From assembly GCA_012295275.1 (NCBI GenBank), contig CM022670.1, forward strand, positions 8,432,001-8,496,000: 64,000 nucleotides of DNA. Reading direction: 5' to 3'. This DNA is from Chrysomallon squamiferum (Eukaryota > Animalia > Mollusca). Under the pieces are notes generated by a model. The model was not told the origin of the DNA. It saw nothing but the letters and a program-made list of their open reading frames with translations, and did no database searches. The position numbers and the translations under genes are program-made. Shown here one piece after another: positions 50,963 through 64,000 of this stretch; the stretch's first letter is position 1, and every line of letters begins with the position of its first letter.

Positions 50963-51173
50963 AAGAAGAAGAAGAAGAAACAACAATCACCCAAAAAGGT
51001 AATACAATACATAAACACACACATTCTTAATATCAATTTTGTCACGTTCAACTTTGAAAATTCAGGTGAATACCTTTTAGGCAAATCACAAACAATAATT
51101 TTTTTTTTCAGGTTTATAAATAACAGAGATCGCTATACACCTTTTACAGATGATATTCAGTTTAGTTAAAGAC

Positions 51174-51445
51174 ATGGATGTTTCGATCTTATTTCTACTT
51201 GTTTTTTCCCAGTCTCTGTTTGTTTCGGCAACGGTAAGTTTTATCTTAGTTTTATGCTGTCTACATGTATATGTATATATGTATTTATGTATGTATGTAT
51301 GTATGTATGTATGTTTGTATGTAAGCATATGTGTATATATGTATGTATGTATGTATGACAAAAATATCATTTTTTCTTATGTACTAAGCAAAAAAATGTA
51401 GCAATCTTTAATAGAATTATTTCTTTCTCTTCTTTTTAAAAATAT

Positions 51446-51488
<43 letters not shown>

Positions 51489-52953
51489 TGAACTTGTAGA
51501 TCATCGGGTGGCTTACTTTATCATTCAAGTAAACCCAAAAGTATGAATTAATTTTATTTGTTTATTATAAATATATTTTGTATATACCGAAATGTTAGGA
51601 ATCCTTATGTCTGCGGAATTTATACTGGTATATTATATATGACAATGAATTTAGAAAAAATAATTATATAAAATGAAACCATGGATAAAATACTTGACAT
51701 GTTTCAAAAACATGATGTATAATGTAAATCATGTATCTGACATCTTTATCGCTTTATATATGTTCAAAGGAACATTTTGATCATTTTTTTAAAGTATAAA
51801 ATATATATATATATTTTTTAGGCAAGTTAGGATTAGAATATTAAAATTAATGTTGTCATTTAGACTAAAGACATCACATTATTAAGACGCATGCAGTCAT
51901 TGCCCTTATCTTTAGAAACTTCTTAACTTAACCCATATTTCCTCTTCATGGAAGCAAAAACATAGTGCGACTAAACTGGCAAACTGCTTCGAAACATCCA
52001 CAAAAATACCTGTTTACGTGAGTGAAATATCGTTTTTATTATACCCCAAACAAACCCAAAGACACGAATGAAGCAAAAAAAGTAGAAAAAGCTAGTTGAG
52101 CCAGTTACTAAAAATATGTCCATTCACTGTGACATCGCTTGGCGATTGTTATGTTATTTTACAGCATGCGTTCAACGTTAATAAACACATCGTCGCTTTG
52201 TGGAGATAGACTCAGAAAAACACGGCAACTGGAGAATTGGTTGTTTGAGAAGAAGAATCAAAAAGAATAAAAAATCAAAAACAAATCTTCCTGAATGACA
52301 CTACTTGTTGGTGGTGTAGAAGCTGATTACAGCAAACACTTTAGGCTTGAGCTAATTTTAAAGAAATATGATTTGGTCGCCCGTTGAACTAAAGAGTAAA
52401 ACTTTATATCTGTCAGTCTAAATCCACCATACTCGTCTTTCTGTTGGGCACTTTTAAAGCGTTCTATAATTTTTGTTCCTTCAAAAATGAATATGCAACT
52501 AGACCTGCTCGCTAAGCAGAAAGAAAAAGAGTAAAGATTGCAACTACCTGAAAAGCTTGCAAATGTATCAGACAACAGGAAAATTAAGTTGGATCTAACT
52601 GCTTCATTATAGTCTAATGCATTACGTTTCATTTGAATAATTTTGATTCTTGGATGTCAGTCACAGATTACTGCAGAATGTTGAGAGGAGATCAAATGTA
52701 CATGCCCGTAAATCTTCTCTCGATTACCAGGAAGGGATATCACACACACACGCACACAAGTACGTACATAGACACACACAGAGACGGACAAAAAAAAACA
52801 ACAACAAAAAAAAACACTAATTTCACCGTAGAAAAAATATTACGATTCACAGCTGCAAACAGAAGATATAATATAACAGTATTTTTAATATCAGTTTTCA
52901 CATACTTAATATGACAATGTTCTGTACACTACGTGAATACAGCTGGCGTATAC

Positions 52954-53023
<70 letters not shown>

Positions 53024-56000
53024 GCTATATTAACAGTAATATTAAAAGGACGCAATTTCAGTTCAACTGAATAAAAATAAAAAGCGCGGATATGACTGAA
53101 GTAACAAATTTGGTTACGCAATTTCAATTCAGTAGTATAACAATCAAAGAAGTGGATGTAATTAAGTACAATTTGTTACGCAATCTGAATTCCCTGACAT
53201 TAGTCACATCACTATTTCTCGAAAAAGGACCCAGATGTCTCTATACGTGTGTATATATATATATACTAGTAGATACTAGACGACATTAGGGATTTTTGCA
53301 TAATACAGCTCTCATGGATGTAAGGCTGATATTTATTCTGATTATATCACACTTAGGTTTCTCTCAAGAAACAGTAAGTACTAGTTTATATTGTACGTTA
53401 TAATCAATAATATGTGTGTAAGTGAAACACTATTTAGAAAGTATCCTTTCTACAAACAATCTATAAAATATTGTGACATTTAATAACAATAAATTTGTAG
53501 AAACAAATACAATTCAAAAATCTATTTAAAACTCTTTTAAACATATCGTTTCTCAAAGTTTGTAAAAAAAAGTAACATTTCAAAAAAAGCATTAAAAAAA
53601 TTCGTAAGAACATGACAACCTTTATAAACATCTTAAAACATTTCCGTACTTTTTATTGAATTAATTCGTAAATCCTTTGGATAGGCGTATTATTCCGAAA
53701 AATCGCTTAAAGACTAAAATGTCTTTTATACTTCGTTGTTTTCTGAAAGCTATGACTAGTCGTGCTGTTAGTGGATTTTTCATAGTAGTCTGTAAATAAA
53801 AATATTGCTCCTTCATAATTTTATCAACATCAACGAGACGGCGATTTTAAATTATTGGTAAAATTATTTTATCTCTCTCTTTACATTTGCCCGAGTCAAC
53901 ATTTATTCCAAGAGGTTTTGGGGTTTGTAACGTGCGAATCCGAAACGCTTCTCGTTCAAGTCTAAAACGGTGAGTTTCAATTTTTGACTCGACAATGGGC
54001 ATTGGTTCTATTGGGATTATTTCAAAATGATCAGGTAGATTAAAATGTTTGGCGACAGGAATGTCAGCTTCATGCCTAATATCGTATTTGTGACAAGCAG
54101 TTCTAATTCGTAACATACTTTGTGCTTGGCCGACATACTGTTTTTTGCACAAGCTGCATATTGTCAAATACACAACGTTTTTGGAATCGCAGTCTAGGTT
54201 AGTTCGGATCTGATGTTCACTTTTTGTTTTCCGCTACTGAACGTAGACAGAGCTTTTATTATGTTGTGAAGCCTGCATCTGGTCTTTTTGCAGATCGATG
54301 TAGATCCGCTACCCAAGTCAGTTGGAATATTATGTTGGATTTTATATGGTTTCAGTGTGTCTGTTGGATGCAAGGGTTTTTCTAATTCTTTGACGATTTC
54401 AAATTTAACTTTCCTTAGAACTCGATTTCAGAGCGCAAAATTGAACTGAACAGGCACTGTTAAAATGTTCTTTGTTACTCGAATTTCTGTGGAACCTAAT
54501 GACTTGAGATTTAACGATATCTTTAAATATATGATGGGGATGAAATGATTTAAAATGCAGTAGTTGGTGGGTGTCCGTGGGTTTAAAAAATACTTTATAA
54601 TCTAAATAATTTGATTTTTCAAACTGTAGACTTTGTAAATGGTTACATCCGATACGTCTACCGTTTGATTTGATAGTGTGGCTTAAAGTTTTATATTATC
54701 ATTTTGTTGATATAATAATTTTAAAAATATCGATAATTCGTCTTCAGAATGTTGCCGAATAAGAAGAATGTTATCTAGATATCTGAGATATAAAAATGGT
54801 TTCTTGGTTGCTGTGTTTAGTGCCGCTTCTTCCCATTCTGCGATATAAATAGAGGCAACATTTGGACTGAAACGCTTGCCCATGGCGCACCACAAACCTG
54901 CTGATACATTTCCACGTTATATTCAAAGTCATTGCCCTTTAAGCTTAATTCAAGTAATTCATTAATGCTTTCTGTTGGTCTGCTTGTGTCTGGATATTTT
55001 TCGAACTCTGTCTCAACTGATTCTATGCCCGCATCTCTGTTTATGTTAGTGTACATGGAATCAGTATCCAGTGTGACTGAAAAGGAGTTTGGTGCTATTT
55101 TTGTTTTAGATATTTTAGATGAAAAATCATCATTATTTTTAACAAAACTAGAATGTCAATCTGCAATTGGTTTTAAATAAGAGTAGTGACTTAATATCTC
55201 TCCATGTTTCAGGTGCCTTGTGTATCTTTGGGAATAAATAAAATTTCTAGACTGAGAATCAAATCGTGATGCAAGATAGTTCGTCTGTTTTTTGTTTTTT
55301 TTATCTATATGACCCTTTTCCTATAGACGAAAAATAATTGCGGTGAATTAATTTTTATTGCTTCGTCAAATTTTTTTTTTTTTAATAATATTTCGTATTA
55401 TTTAGTTGTCTGTGGGCTTCGCGGATGTAATTTTCCCTTCATAAAATAAGAGTTGCAGATCCGTTGTTTGCGTATACTTTTCTGTAAGTTTTAAAGATCT
55501 CGCGATCAATTTTTGAATTATCGGGTGTCCAACCGGAATTTTCTGTTAATGGTATTTTTTCTCCACTTGAGTTTCTAAAAACCGACTAGTTTCATCTGAT
55601 ATTGCTTGGACTGAGGGCGAATGGGTACCATGCGTTCGAGTCTCGTCAGCGGCATCTGAGGGGGTTGTGAGGTCGTGATTGGACATTGTCCTCCTGTGTC
55701 AATTTCATCCCGAATATTATCTATGTACAGAGTCTATTCAGACGTACATACGACAGAGAATATTCAAAATCCTGAACTACATGCTTGCCAGTGTAAAAAA
55801 AAAAAATCGATAGATATAAAAATGACATGGGAAGCGATGATTGTGCTCGGTTATTGGGTAACCTTTTTTTTCTTCGGGGTTCATGGTTAAATCACTTCAT
55901 AGAAAATGTTACAGATGATATGTATAGTCCAACGCTTATGTTTTAACTAATCCTGATGAAAAGCACAATAAAATGTGCACAATAAAGTGATATAAATATT

Positions 56001-59000
56001 ATCTCTTTATACATTAAGTGTAGCATGCATATATATATATATTCGCATCTAAACTAATATGTTTTATTACTTACAGGTGAATAACAACAATGGTAAGTTT
56101 GTATTTAATTACTTAACTTCAGTTGGAAAAGTAATACATGGCTATTCAATAGATTTGACCTTATCGTAACTTTTATCTCAATATCTTACGCTAAAAGTAT
56201 TATTACATTATCTTATCTTACCTTATCTTCTGTTATCTTTTCTTATCCTATTCTGTTGTGTCAAATGTATTTTAACTGACCAAACGTTATCTATTGCTTC
56301 CTCCCATTTTATGTTATCATGGCTTATTTTATCATGTAATTCACCTGATTTTATTTTACTTCGTGTTATTATTATCAGAATCATCATCATTATCATTATC
56401 ATCTTCTTCATCTTCATCATGATAATCGCCATCGTCCCCTTTCTTCCTCTTCTCCCTGTTCGTTTTCCTAGTGTTATCTTTGTTCAAATGTAATAAAATA
56501 TATTCCATATAATTATATAAAATTATGTTTCAGATCTTCCTAGAAAATCTTGTACGAGATATTGTTCTGGTTCATATAAAACAGGAGCTAAATGTATTAA
56601 TGGATTCTGTGAGTGCAACAAAGTCGGATACAACAAATATACCTGTTTACGTGAGTGAAATATCGTTTTTATTATGCTGGTAGGAGGGGAAACACCAAAT
56701 AAACCCAATGACAACAATGATGCAATAAAATAGAAAAACTAGTTGAGCCAGTTACTAAAAATATGTCCAGTCATTGTGACATCGCTGTATATTTTTATTA
56801 TTATCATTTTTGTTGTTGCTGCTGTTGTTGATATTGTTATTATTCATATTCATATTATTATTATTGTTGTTGTTGTTGTTATTATTGTTCTTGTTGTTAT
56901 TATTGTTATTATTATTATTACTGTCATTATTATTGTTATTATTTTTACTATTACAACTATTATATAAAAAACAAAAGCTAAAATAACAAAAGCTAAAATT
57001 AATTAATAGTAACAGTCATTTGTGTGATCGTAAACTACATCAAGGAATTATGCACCGGTTGTTGACCTAGTACTATTTTTTATATTTTTATTTTTTATTG
57101 ATAATTTATTTATTTACGAGTTTAATTCGTTCCGTGACCCAGTTCATAATTAAAATTGCTCGTATATCAAACCAATTTTCCCAACTGAAATACCATTAAT
57201 CTGTTCCAGCCCCCAAAAACTAGTCCATTTTGTTCTAGTGCGTGTTTTTAGTTAAGAAAAATGTATTTATAAATGACAAATGTTGTATAAAAATAAAAGT
57301 TAAGAGAATGCAAAGAAATAAATTGGTTTTATCTTGGAGATGAGGCAAATTATTTTAACGCCTTTGGCTGAGTAACAACCTTTATCGACTCCTTCTGCTT
57401 TAGTACGGTACTACGCTAGCACTGCCTAGCCAAGTGGACTATATGCACACCTAGCTCATGTTTCTCTATGATTTCACGCTTTAATTCAATGGATATCGTC
57501 CGCGTTTTCTTCTGAGCACTGTCCTTTGTACTCACTTTCTTACGATCCATGGTCAAAAAAAAAAAAAAAACTTGGCCAAATATTGCACAAAACGGGAAAA
57601 CAAAACAAAAGAGATGCTTCCGCGGCGACGTAACGACGGCAAGTAATCGAATCAGAAGAGGGACGCTGGACAAATGTTGTGTTGTTCGTTGCACCAACTA
57701 GAGCCGGTGTAGCCAAAGCTCACTCGTAACACGGATTTCGGCTCGCAAATCAAAGCAAAAAATCGTAAAGCGATTGCTCGTAACTCGATAAACTCGTAAT
57801 CTGGGGCACTCGTAAGTCAAGATATCACTGTATTTTATTTTTGCATATTTTCTGATGGTAATTTTTTTCTATGAAAATAATTCACTTAAAATGTATTTGA
57901 ATAGAAATAGGAAATTTGAAAGTGATAAATATTCACCATAACTGTTTTCTAAAATTATTCTTTAACCTTCCGGTATTTATCAATCATTCTATCGTTGTTT
58001 ATTTGGTTCTTTAATTTTTCCAACACTCAGTTTCCTCTTCTTTTTCGGTTTTTCTAGAAGAGAAAAATAAATTCTGGACAAATGCTTTTAATACGATAGA
58101 GACTACTATTTTTGAATATACACTAATTTTACAGTTTAAAATCAAAGCATTTCTTCATCTGTCTAAACAACAACACAAATACTTGACATATACTAGTTTA
58201 CACTTTCAACATTTCTTCAAAGGCAATGGAAACAGACACTGGTCAGTGTGTATATTACAAATTATTATTATTACAGCTGTTATAGTTGCTATTACTATTG
58301 TTATTGTTTCTATGCTTCTTCTTCTTCTTCTTCTTTTTATTATTATTAGATTTCTGAGACACATTAGATATATCTATTCTTGTTTTCACAGCCGATGTAG
58401 GAAACTGTAGGATAATTCCTGGTAATCCCAGTGCAATTGCTATAGCAAAGTATAACGGTGTTACTCAAAAGCTCCGCAGCTGCGTCAACAACATCGAACA
58501 AGGAAAATATGATGTCCACGTCCTCGGCAACTACGAGGGTAATGTTCACACGAGACCTGCATCAGCGGGAACGACAAATGTGTACATCAAAGGAGAAAGC
58601 TCAAAACCTGTTGTTTTAGTTTTGTCAAGTTATGAACCAGTGAAATGGATAATTCATTGTGACAGCCGTGTCAAAATGCATGCTGTACTAATGGTATTGA
58701 TCTATTTTTTTATATTTCTTTACTCAATTATTTACTGATTCTTTCATGAATTAGTTGCTAGAACAGTGAGTTAGTCAGTAGATCAGTCAGTCACAGTGAC
58801 TTATTAAGGCTAATTAAGTCATGGTGAGTCAGTAATAGCTCAGTTATTAAGTTTGCCAATGTCTGTATAAGCCAATTAGAAGCTCACTCGGTTGTTCATT
58901 CAACGCTTGGATAAATCAATCAAAACATGTGTTAGTGACAGATATAGAGGCAGAGAGACCTACAAACAAAGATTATAGAATTATAGATACTGTTATTAGT

Positions 59001-61111
59001 GCACAGTTAGATGGTTAAAATCTAATTTGTTGGTCAAACGTTTCTGAACGTGACACTTTAAACAACGGAGATATTTACATCATCTTTTATGCACTTTGAA
59101 ATAATTTCTTTCAGTTCAGCTATTACCACACCATCAGCTCTGTAGATGTGAATCACGTGGATAACTCAGCGTCAGTTATTATTGAGAAGGCGAGAAGATC
59201 ATCTGCGACTGGTGACGACTCAGGAGGTGGAGACACAGTCGGCTTGTTGAAGTATCTCGACTCTAGATGGGGATCTGTAAAATCATTTTCCGGATGTTAC
59301 AGAGCGGATGAGTGGACTCTCAAAGTATCCAAAGTGGAAGAGAAACCTAAAGGAGACATCGCAGTCAAATCATCGGCAGGTAAGGTTTCTAGTCTTAATT
59401 GCGACACAGAAAGATATACACACATAGACACAGGACAAACAAAGATAATAGAAATATAGATGGATATTTTATGGTAAGACAGAAAATTACAGAGTGAACG
59501 AAAGTGAGAGACAGTGTAAGCAAAATACATATAAAAAAGAATTATCTATTAATAAATCTGTAAAATATTTGAAATTACAACAAAATATACATTTTATAAG
59601 CAAATAGAAATGTTTCACATGATACTGAAGAAATGATTGAAATAATAATTTATTTTATTTCAGTGACAAACTGTCTGAATTCAAAAGACTGCTGGGTGCA
59701 GCACGATTTTCAGTTTGAAGATAACTGGAACGATTGTCATGGAAAACAATACGTGAGAAAAACCACTTACAAAGTTGGGAAATATGTTGGAGTAGTTCTG
59801 TGTTCATCTACCAGGTATTCATGTGTATCTCTCTAAATCTGTCTCAATCTCGATGTCTATTGCTTTGACATACATACACAAACGTACAGGCACACATTTG
59901 CAGATCTAATATTCTGACCACTACAGTTGTATTTTGCAGATATAAGCTGTTTTTGTCTGACTCGCTCAGTGAGCGTTTTCTCAACATCGGAGACGGCAGT
60001 GGACATGGTCAAGATCATTGTGAGTTTATAGGAAGCAAAAATGATGCAACTTCTATAGACAGCAATTTCTGGGATTCGCCAGGAACTACAGGTCAGATTT
60101 TCTTTAAAAAAAAAAATTTAAGATACACATTTCTGTGAGAAATATTTTTTAAATTGTTACAAAATGATTGAAAACGGTAATACAGAATTGTTTTAAAGGG
60201 TGTCTGCAATTTATATTTTAGTGTTTAAACCGACATTTATTGATAACAATATATAATAAATGTAATTCTGATTCAGTTAGTTATATTATTTTAGGATACA
60301 TACGATCAAGGCGTGGTGAAACGCCTGCCAAGGGCAGAATTGGGGGAGGCACGGGATCCTCGTGGACTGGAAATTATTATGGAAAATGGATAGAATGTGG
60401 AGTCAGGATTCCAGGAAACAGCAGAGTGGTTTTATCGTCTGGTACAACACGTAATTCGTCTTGTCTTAAAGAAAGTTATTTTTCTAGAAAGGAACATTTT
60501 AATAGTTATTGTCTATAAGTATGTTTGCGTTGAAGTAATTATGTAACTAGTAAATTGAATCTGATCCAGAATCAAGTATTTTGAGTTGATTATTTCAGAT
60601 TTTAGATTTTTCAAATTACCAACATATACAATAAATTACCTCAGTTATTATCTGTTGTAAATATTCGCTTTAAAATTTTAGGATCGGAAACCACAAGTGA
60701 AAATGTGTCATGGGACAAGGTTAAATATGAAAAAAAAGTGTTTTTAAAAGATGAAATATTCACAGTGCCCAGCGGAGTGACGAAAATTGATGTCATTTGT
60801 GTTGGTACGTTCGTGTTGAAAATACACATTTTACTATATAATTTTTAGTTTTAAAGATTTTATCTTATGATTAACAAAACAAAACAGTAAGAGCTACAAC
60901 AACAACAACAACAAGAACAACAACAACAGCAACAACAACAATAATACTAATAATACTAATAATACTAATAATACTACTACTAATAATAATATCAATGAGC
61001 AAGGTGTTGCAATGAATAAAAAAGAAAGAAAGAAAATAAATAAATAGGTAAATAAAGAAACAAAGAATTAAACAAAAAATCCCCCAAACAAACAAATTAA
61101 ATCTGTTCAAA

Positions 61112-61162
<51 letters not shown>

Positions 61163-63728
61163 ATATTTTAGTAATTCACTTTATTTATTACTGACAGGAG
61201 GAGGTGGGGGCGGTAAAGATGGACATTCGAGTTCAGGGTCGGGTGCATACGGTGGGGATGGAGGAATGTCACAGTTTGGTGAATATCTCAAAGCAGAAGG
61301 CGGGAAAGGTGCCAAGACAGATAACTCAGGTTTGTTATAAAATAGTTTATGTAAGTAAATTAGCTAAGGTTTTGTTAAATGCACAGACGGAATGTTAACC
61401 ACAAATACATATCTTTTTTTTGTCTGCAGCAATAAACTAACAACGAAGAAAGGAAGAAAGAAAATAAAGAAATATATGCAATTAATTTTTCAAAAATAAA
61501 TAACAATTGTCCCGTGTTTATTACGAATTCTATATAGAGCAAATGCATTATAAAACCACAGTTTGTTTAATATATCAACATTTAATAAGTATAAACATAG
61601 GTTCTTTGATTTATTTCATTGACAACTGTTAATGATAATATGGCAATTTCTAAGTGTTACACTATCAAAATTAAGAAGATCAAAAAAATAAAAAATAAAA
61701 CAGTAATAGAATCTACTTTACACGTAGGAGGTGAAGGTGGACATGGTACAGTCGCCAATGGAGGCCAGGGAGGAATTGGTGGGGGTTGCAGCGCAGGTGC
61801 AGGAGCTGCAGGTCAGACAAGTGGAGGTGGGGGTGGAAAGGTTCCAGGATCATCCACATATCCCTACTGTGGCGGCGGGGGCAGTTCTGGAGGCAGTTCT
61901 TGCGGCAAGGAATTTGCATCAATTCCCCCAGGAAAGTCAGGACCAGGAGGTGTTGATCCCGCGGGCAGATCTGGAGGTCTTTATGGGGGAGGTGGGGGAA
62001 GCAGAGCTGGTGGACGTGCTGGGGGAGGTGGTGGGTATTCCAGGAAAGTTATAAATGTTTCTCCAGGACAGAAGATCGCCATCAAAGTGGGAAAGGCAGG
62101 ATCTCCAAGTTACTGGGGTGGAAAAGCTGCTCAAGGAATCGTTGTCGTGTCCTGGGGAGGACCTATTGATAATTTTGTCAACACATCAGCAATATCAACA
62201 GGTATCTAAAAACATCGTACAAACTGTAACTAAAACAAAGATTTAAAAGTAAGTAACAAAAAACTTGGTTAACTGTTAAGCAAAGAAATATATTCCACCT
62301 TTGACTGTATTGCATCTTATTCTATATACCCTAGTACTTTTTAACACCGACCTTTCAGAAACAGTATATTTAAGCTGGAACGGTAAATATTTCAATGGTA
62401 ATTCGGTATGCTTTTAGGATCATTTGATGTTTCATAATCTTTTTACATTAAGCATTTGCTCCTCTTAAAATATGTTTATTTTATTTCATTTCATTCTATT
62501 ATTGTTTTATTTTCTATTTTTAAAAGTTGTAATATATATTTTATCATTAAGATTTGAAAAAGATTGAAATATAATTTTTAATATTTAAAAAAAAAATAAA
62601 AAAAATAAAATAACACAGACGATAAAGTACAGCAAACAACACATAATTCTAATATATATAAATTTTGTTCTTCTTTATCTTCTGTTATCTTAATCTGTTG
62701 TGTCAAATGTATTTTATCTGACAAAAGTTTATCCATTACTTCAGGTTGTTTAATGTTATCATGACTCATTTTATCGTGTAATTTACCTGATTTTACTTTA
62801 CTTTGTGCTATTATTATCATCATCATTATGATTATCATCTTCATCTTCATAATTATGATCGCCATCGTCCCCCTTCTCCCTCCCCATTCTTGTTAATCTT
62901 TCTCTTTTTTTTTTCCTATTGTTGTCTTTGTTCAAATATAATAAAATATATTCACTATAATTATATAAAATTATTTTTTAGATCTTCCCAGAAAATCTTG
63001 CACGAGATATTGTTCTGGTTCATATAAAACAGGAGCTAAATGTGTTAGTGGGTTCTGTGAGTGCAACAAACCCGGATACAACAAATATACCTGTTTACGT
63101 GAGTGAAATACCATTTTTTATTATTCTAGTAGACAAGATGAAAAAAATATAAAAAGAAAACCTAGTACAGCCAGTTATTAAAAATATGTCCTGTTCTTGT
63201 AACATCGCTTTATTACCTTATTATTATCATTTTTTTGTTTGTTAGTGGTGCTGTTGTTGCTTTTGTTGTTGTTCCTCATATTATTATTATTATTGTTATT
63301 ATTATTATTATCATTATTATTATTCTGATGATTATTATTATTGTTGTTGCTGTTGTTACTGTTGTTGCTATTATTATTATTATTATTTATTATTATTATT
63401 AGATATATCTATTCTTCTTTTCACAGCCGATGTAGGAAACTGTAGGATAATTCCTGGTAATCCCAGTGCAGTTGCTATAGCAAAGTATAACGGTGTTACT
63501 CAAAAGCTCCGCAGCTGCGTCAACAACGTCGAACAAGGAAAATATGATGTCCACGTCCTCGGCAACTACGAGGGTAATGTTCACACGAGACCTGCATCAG
63601 CGGGAACGACAAATGTGTACATCAAAGGAGAAAGCTCAAAACCTGTTGTTTTAGTTTTGTCAAGTTATGAACCAGTGAAATGGGTCATTCATTGTGACAG
63701 CCGTGTCAAAATGCATGCTGTACTAATG
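51174..63728 (+). CDS. Cassette E: apparently intact secreted mosaic protein SP-V-C1-B-T-G-C1-B..., 3'-incomplete
   Basis: Exons 51174-51233, 56077-56092, 56534-56650, 58392-58693, 59115-59379, 59664-59814, 59940-60091, 60295-60450, 60682-60804, 61198-61329, 61728-62201, 62982-63098, 63427-63728. Sum 2367 nt = 789 codons, all GT-AG with consistent phases, no stop seen. Confidence 0.85.
53500..55660 (-). mobile_element. Decayed Penelope-like retroelement, copy 3
   Basis: 53847-54173 GIY-YIG (YLTICSLCKKQYVGQ); 54683-55056 RT (AMGKRFSPNVASIYIAEWE, PFLYLRYLDNIL). Confidence 0.85.
57114..57830 (-). mobile_element. Tigger-like element, paralog of 7334-8030
   Basis: Near-identical sequence and same intron position. 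Confidence 0.8.
58392..59379 (+). CDS. Two-exon B domain (unnamed; VHVLGNYEG, KPVVLVLSSYEPVKW, GGGDTVGLLKY, SFSGCYRADEW)
   Basis: Exons of 302 and 265 nt, phases 1-0-1; repeated at 29760, 40484, 42850 and 63427. The diverged paralog B' shares the motifs and the intron position. Confidence 0.85.
60682..62201 (+). CDS. Three-exon glycine-rich domain (FTVPSGVTKIDVICVGGGGGG...GGGGGYSRKVINVSPGQKIAIKVGKAG...GIVVVSW)
   Basis: Exons of 123, 132 and 474 nt, all phase 1-1 and in frame. The motif order matches the glycine-rich domain known from phage tail and bacterial surface proteins, related in style to the ALK/LTK glycine-rich domain. Confidence 0.8.
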
Positions 63729-64000
63729 GTATTTATTTATTTATTTATTTACATTTCTTTGCTCAATTATTTACTGATTCTTTCATCAATCAGTTGCTAG
63801 AACTGTGAGTTAGTCAGTAGATCAGTCAGTCTCAGTGAATTATTAAGGCTAATTAGGTCATGGTGAGTCAGTAATAGCTCAGTTATTAAGTTTGCCAATG
63901 TCTGTATAAGCCAATTAGAAGCTCACTCGGTTGTTCAGTCAACGCTTGGATAAGTCAATCAAAACATGTGTTAGTGAGAGATATAGAGGCAGAGAGACCT

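Larger units (their letters stand above)
49702..58108 (+). repeat. Segmental duplicate of window positions 1-8305
   Basis: caaataatactgaataacat at 1 and 49702; colinear microsatellites, leader exon, Penelope, V, C1 and Tigger element up to the gap. Confidence 0.95.

Noticed and set aside
61619-62209. Stand-alone 196-aa glycine-rich gene or ALK/LTK ortholog
   Set aside because: The ORF start is intronic; the exon is 61728-62201 within cassette E. No transmembrane or kinase region is seen in the window.

Overview
AT-rich, microsatellite-dense, intron-containing animal DNA. Composition and the Penelope/Tigger content suggest an invertebrate such as a mollusc (inference only). Almost all ORF-track entries are microsatellite artefacts; the real coding signal is a + strand set of spliced exons read by hand. 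The window is a tandem cluster of five cassettes (A-E) of one secreted mosaic-protein gene. The modules are: signal-peptide exon (SP), 16-nt VNNNN microexon (V), 33-nt Ser/Thr/Pro microexons (M, L), 6-Cys EGF/EB-like exons (C1, C2), a two-exon unnamed domain with the motif KPVVLVLSSYEPVxW (B, terminal form B'), a three-exon ABI3BP(TARSH)/FNDC1 C-terminal-like domain (T), and a three-exon glycine-rich domain (G). Every internal module is bounded by phase-1 introns and each cassette has a different order: A=SP-V-C1-[gap]-M4-T-L-C2-B'; B=V-M5-T-L-C2-B'; C=V-M-L-C1-B-(broken T/B'); D=V-B-T-B-L-C2-B'; E=SP-V-C1-B-T-G-C1-B... (runs off the window). Only A and E have a leader exon. B is fully open but leaderless; A, C and D carry lesions. 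Introns hold co-duplicated decayed Penelope elements, Tigger/pogo relics and shared homology blocks. A 200-N gap at 8306-8505 limits interpretation.
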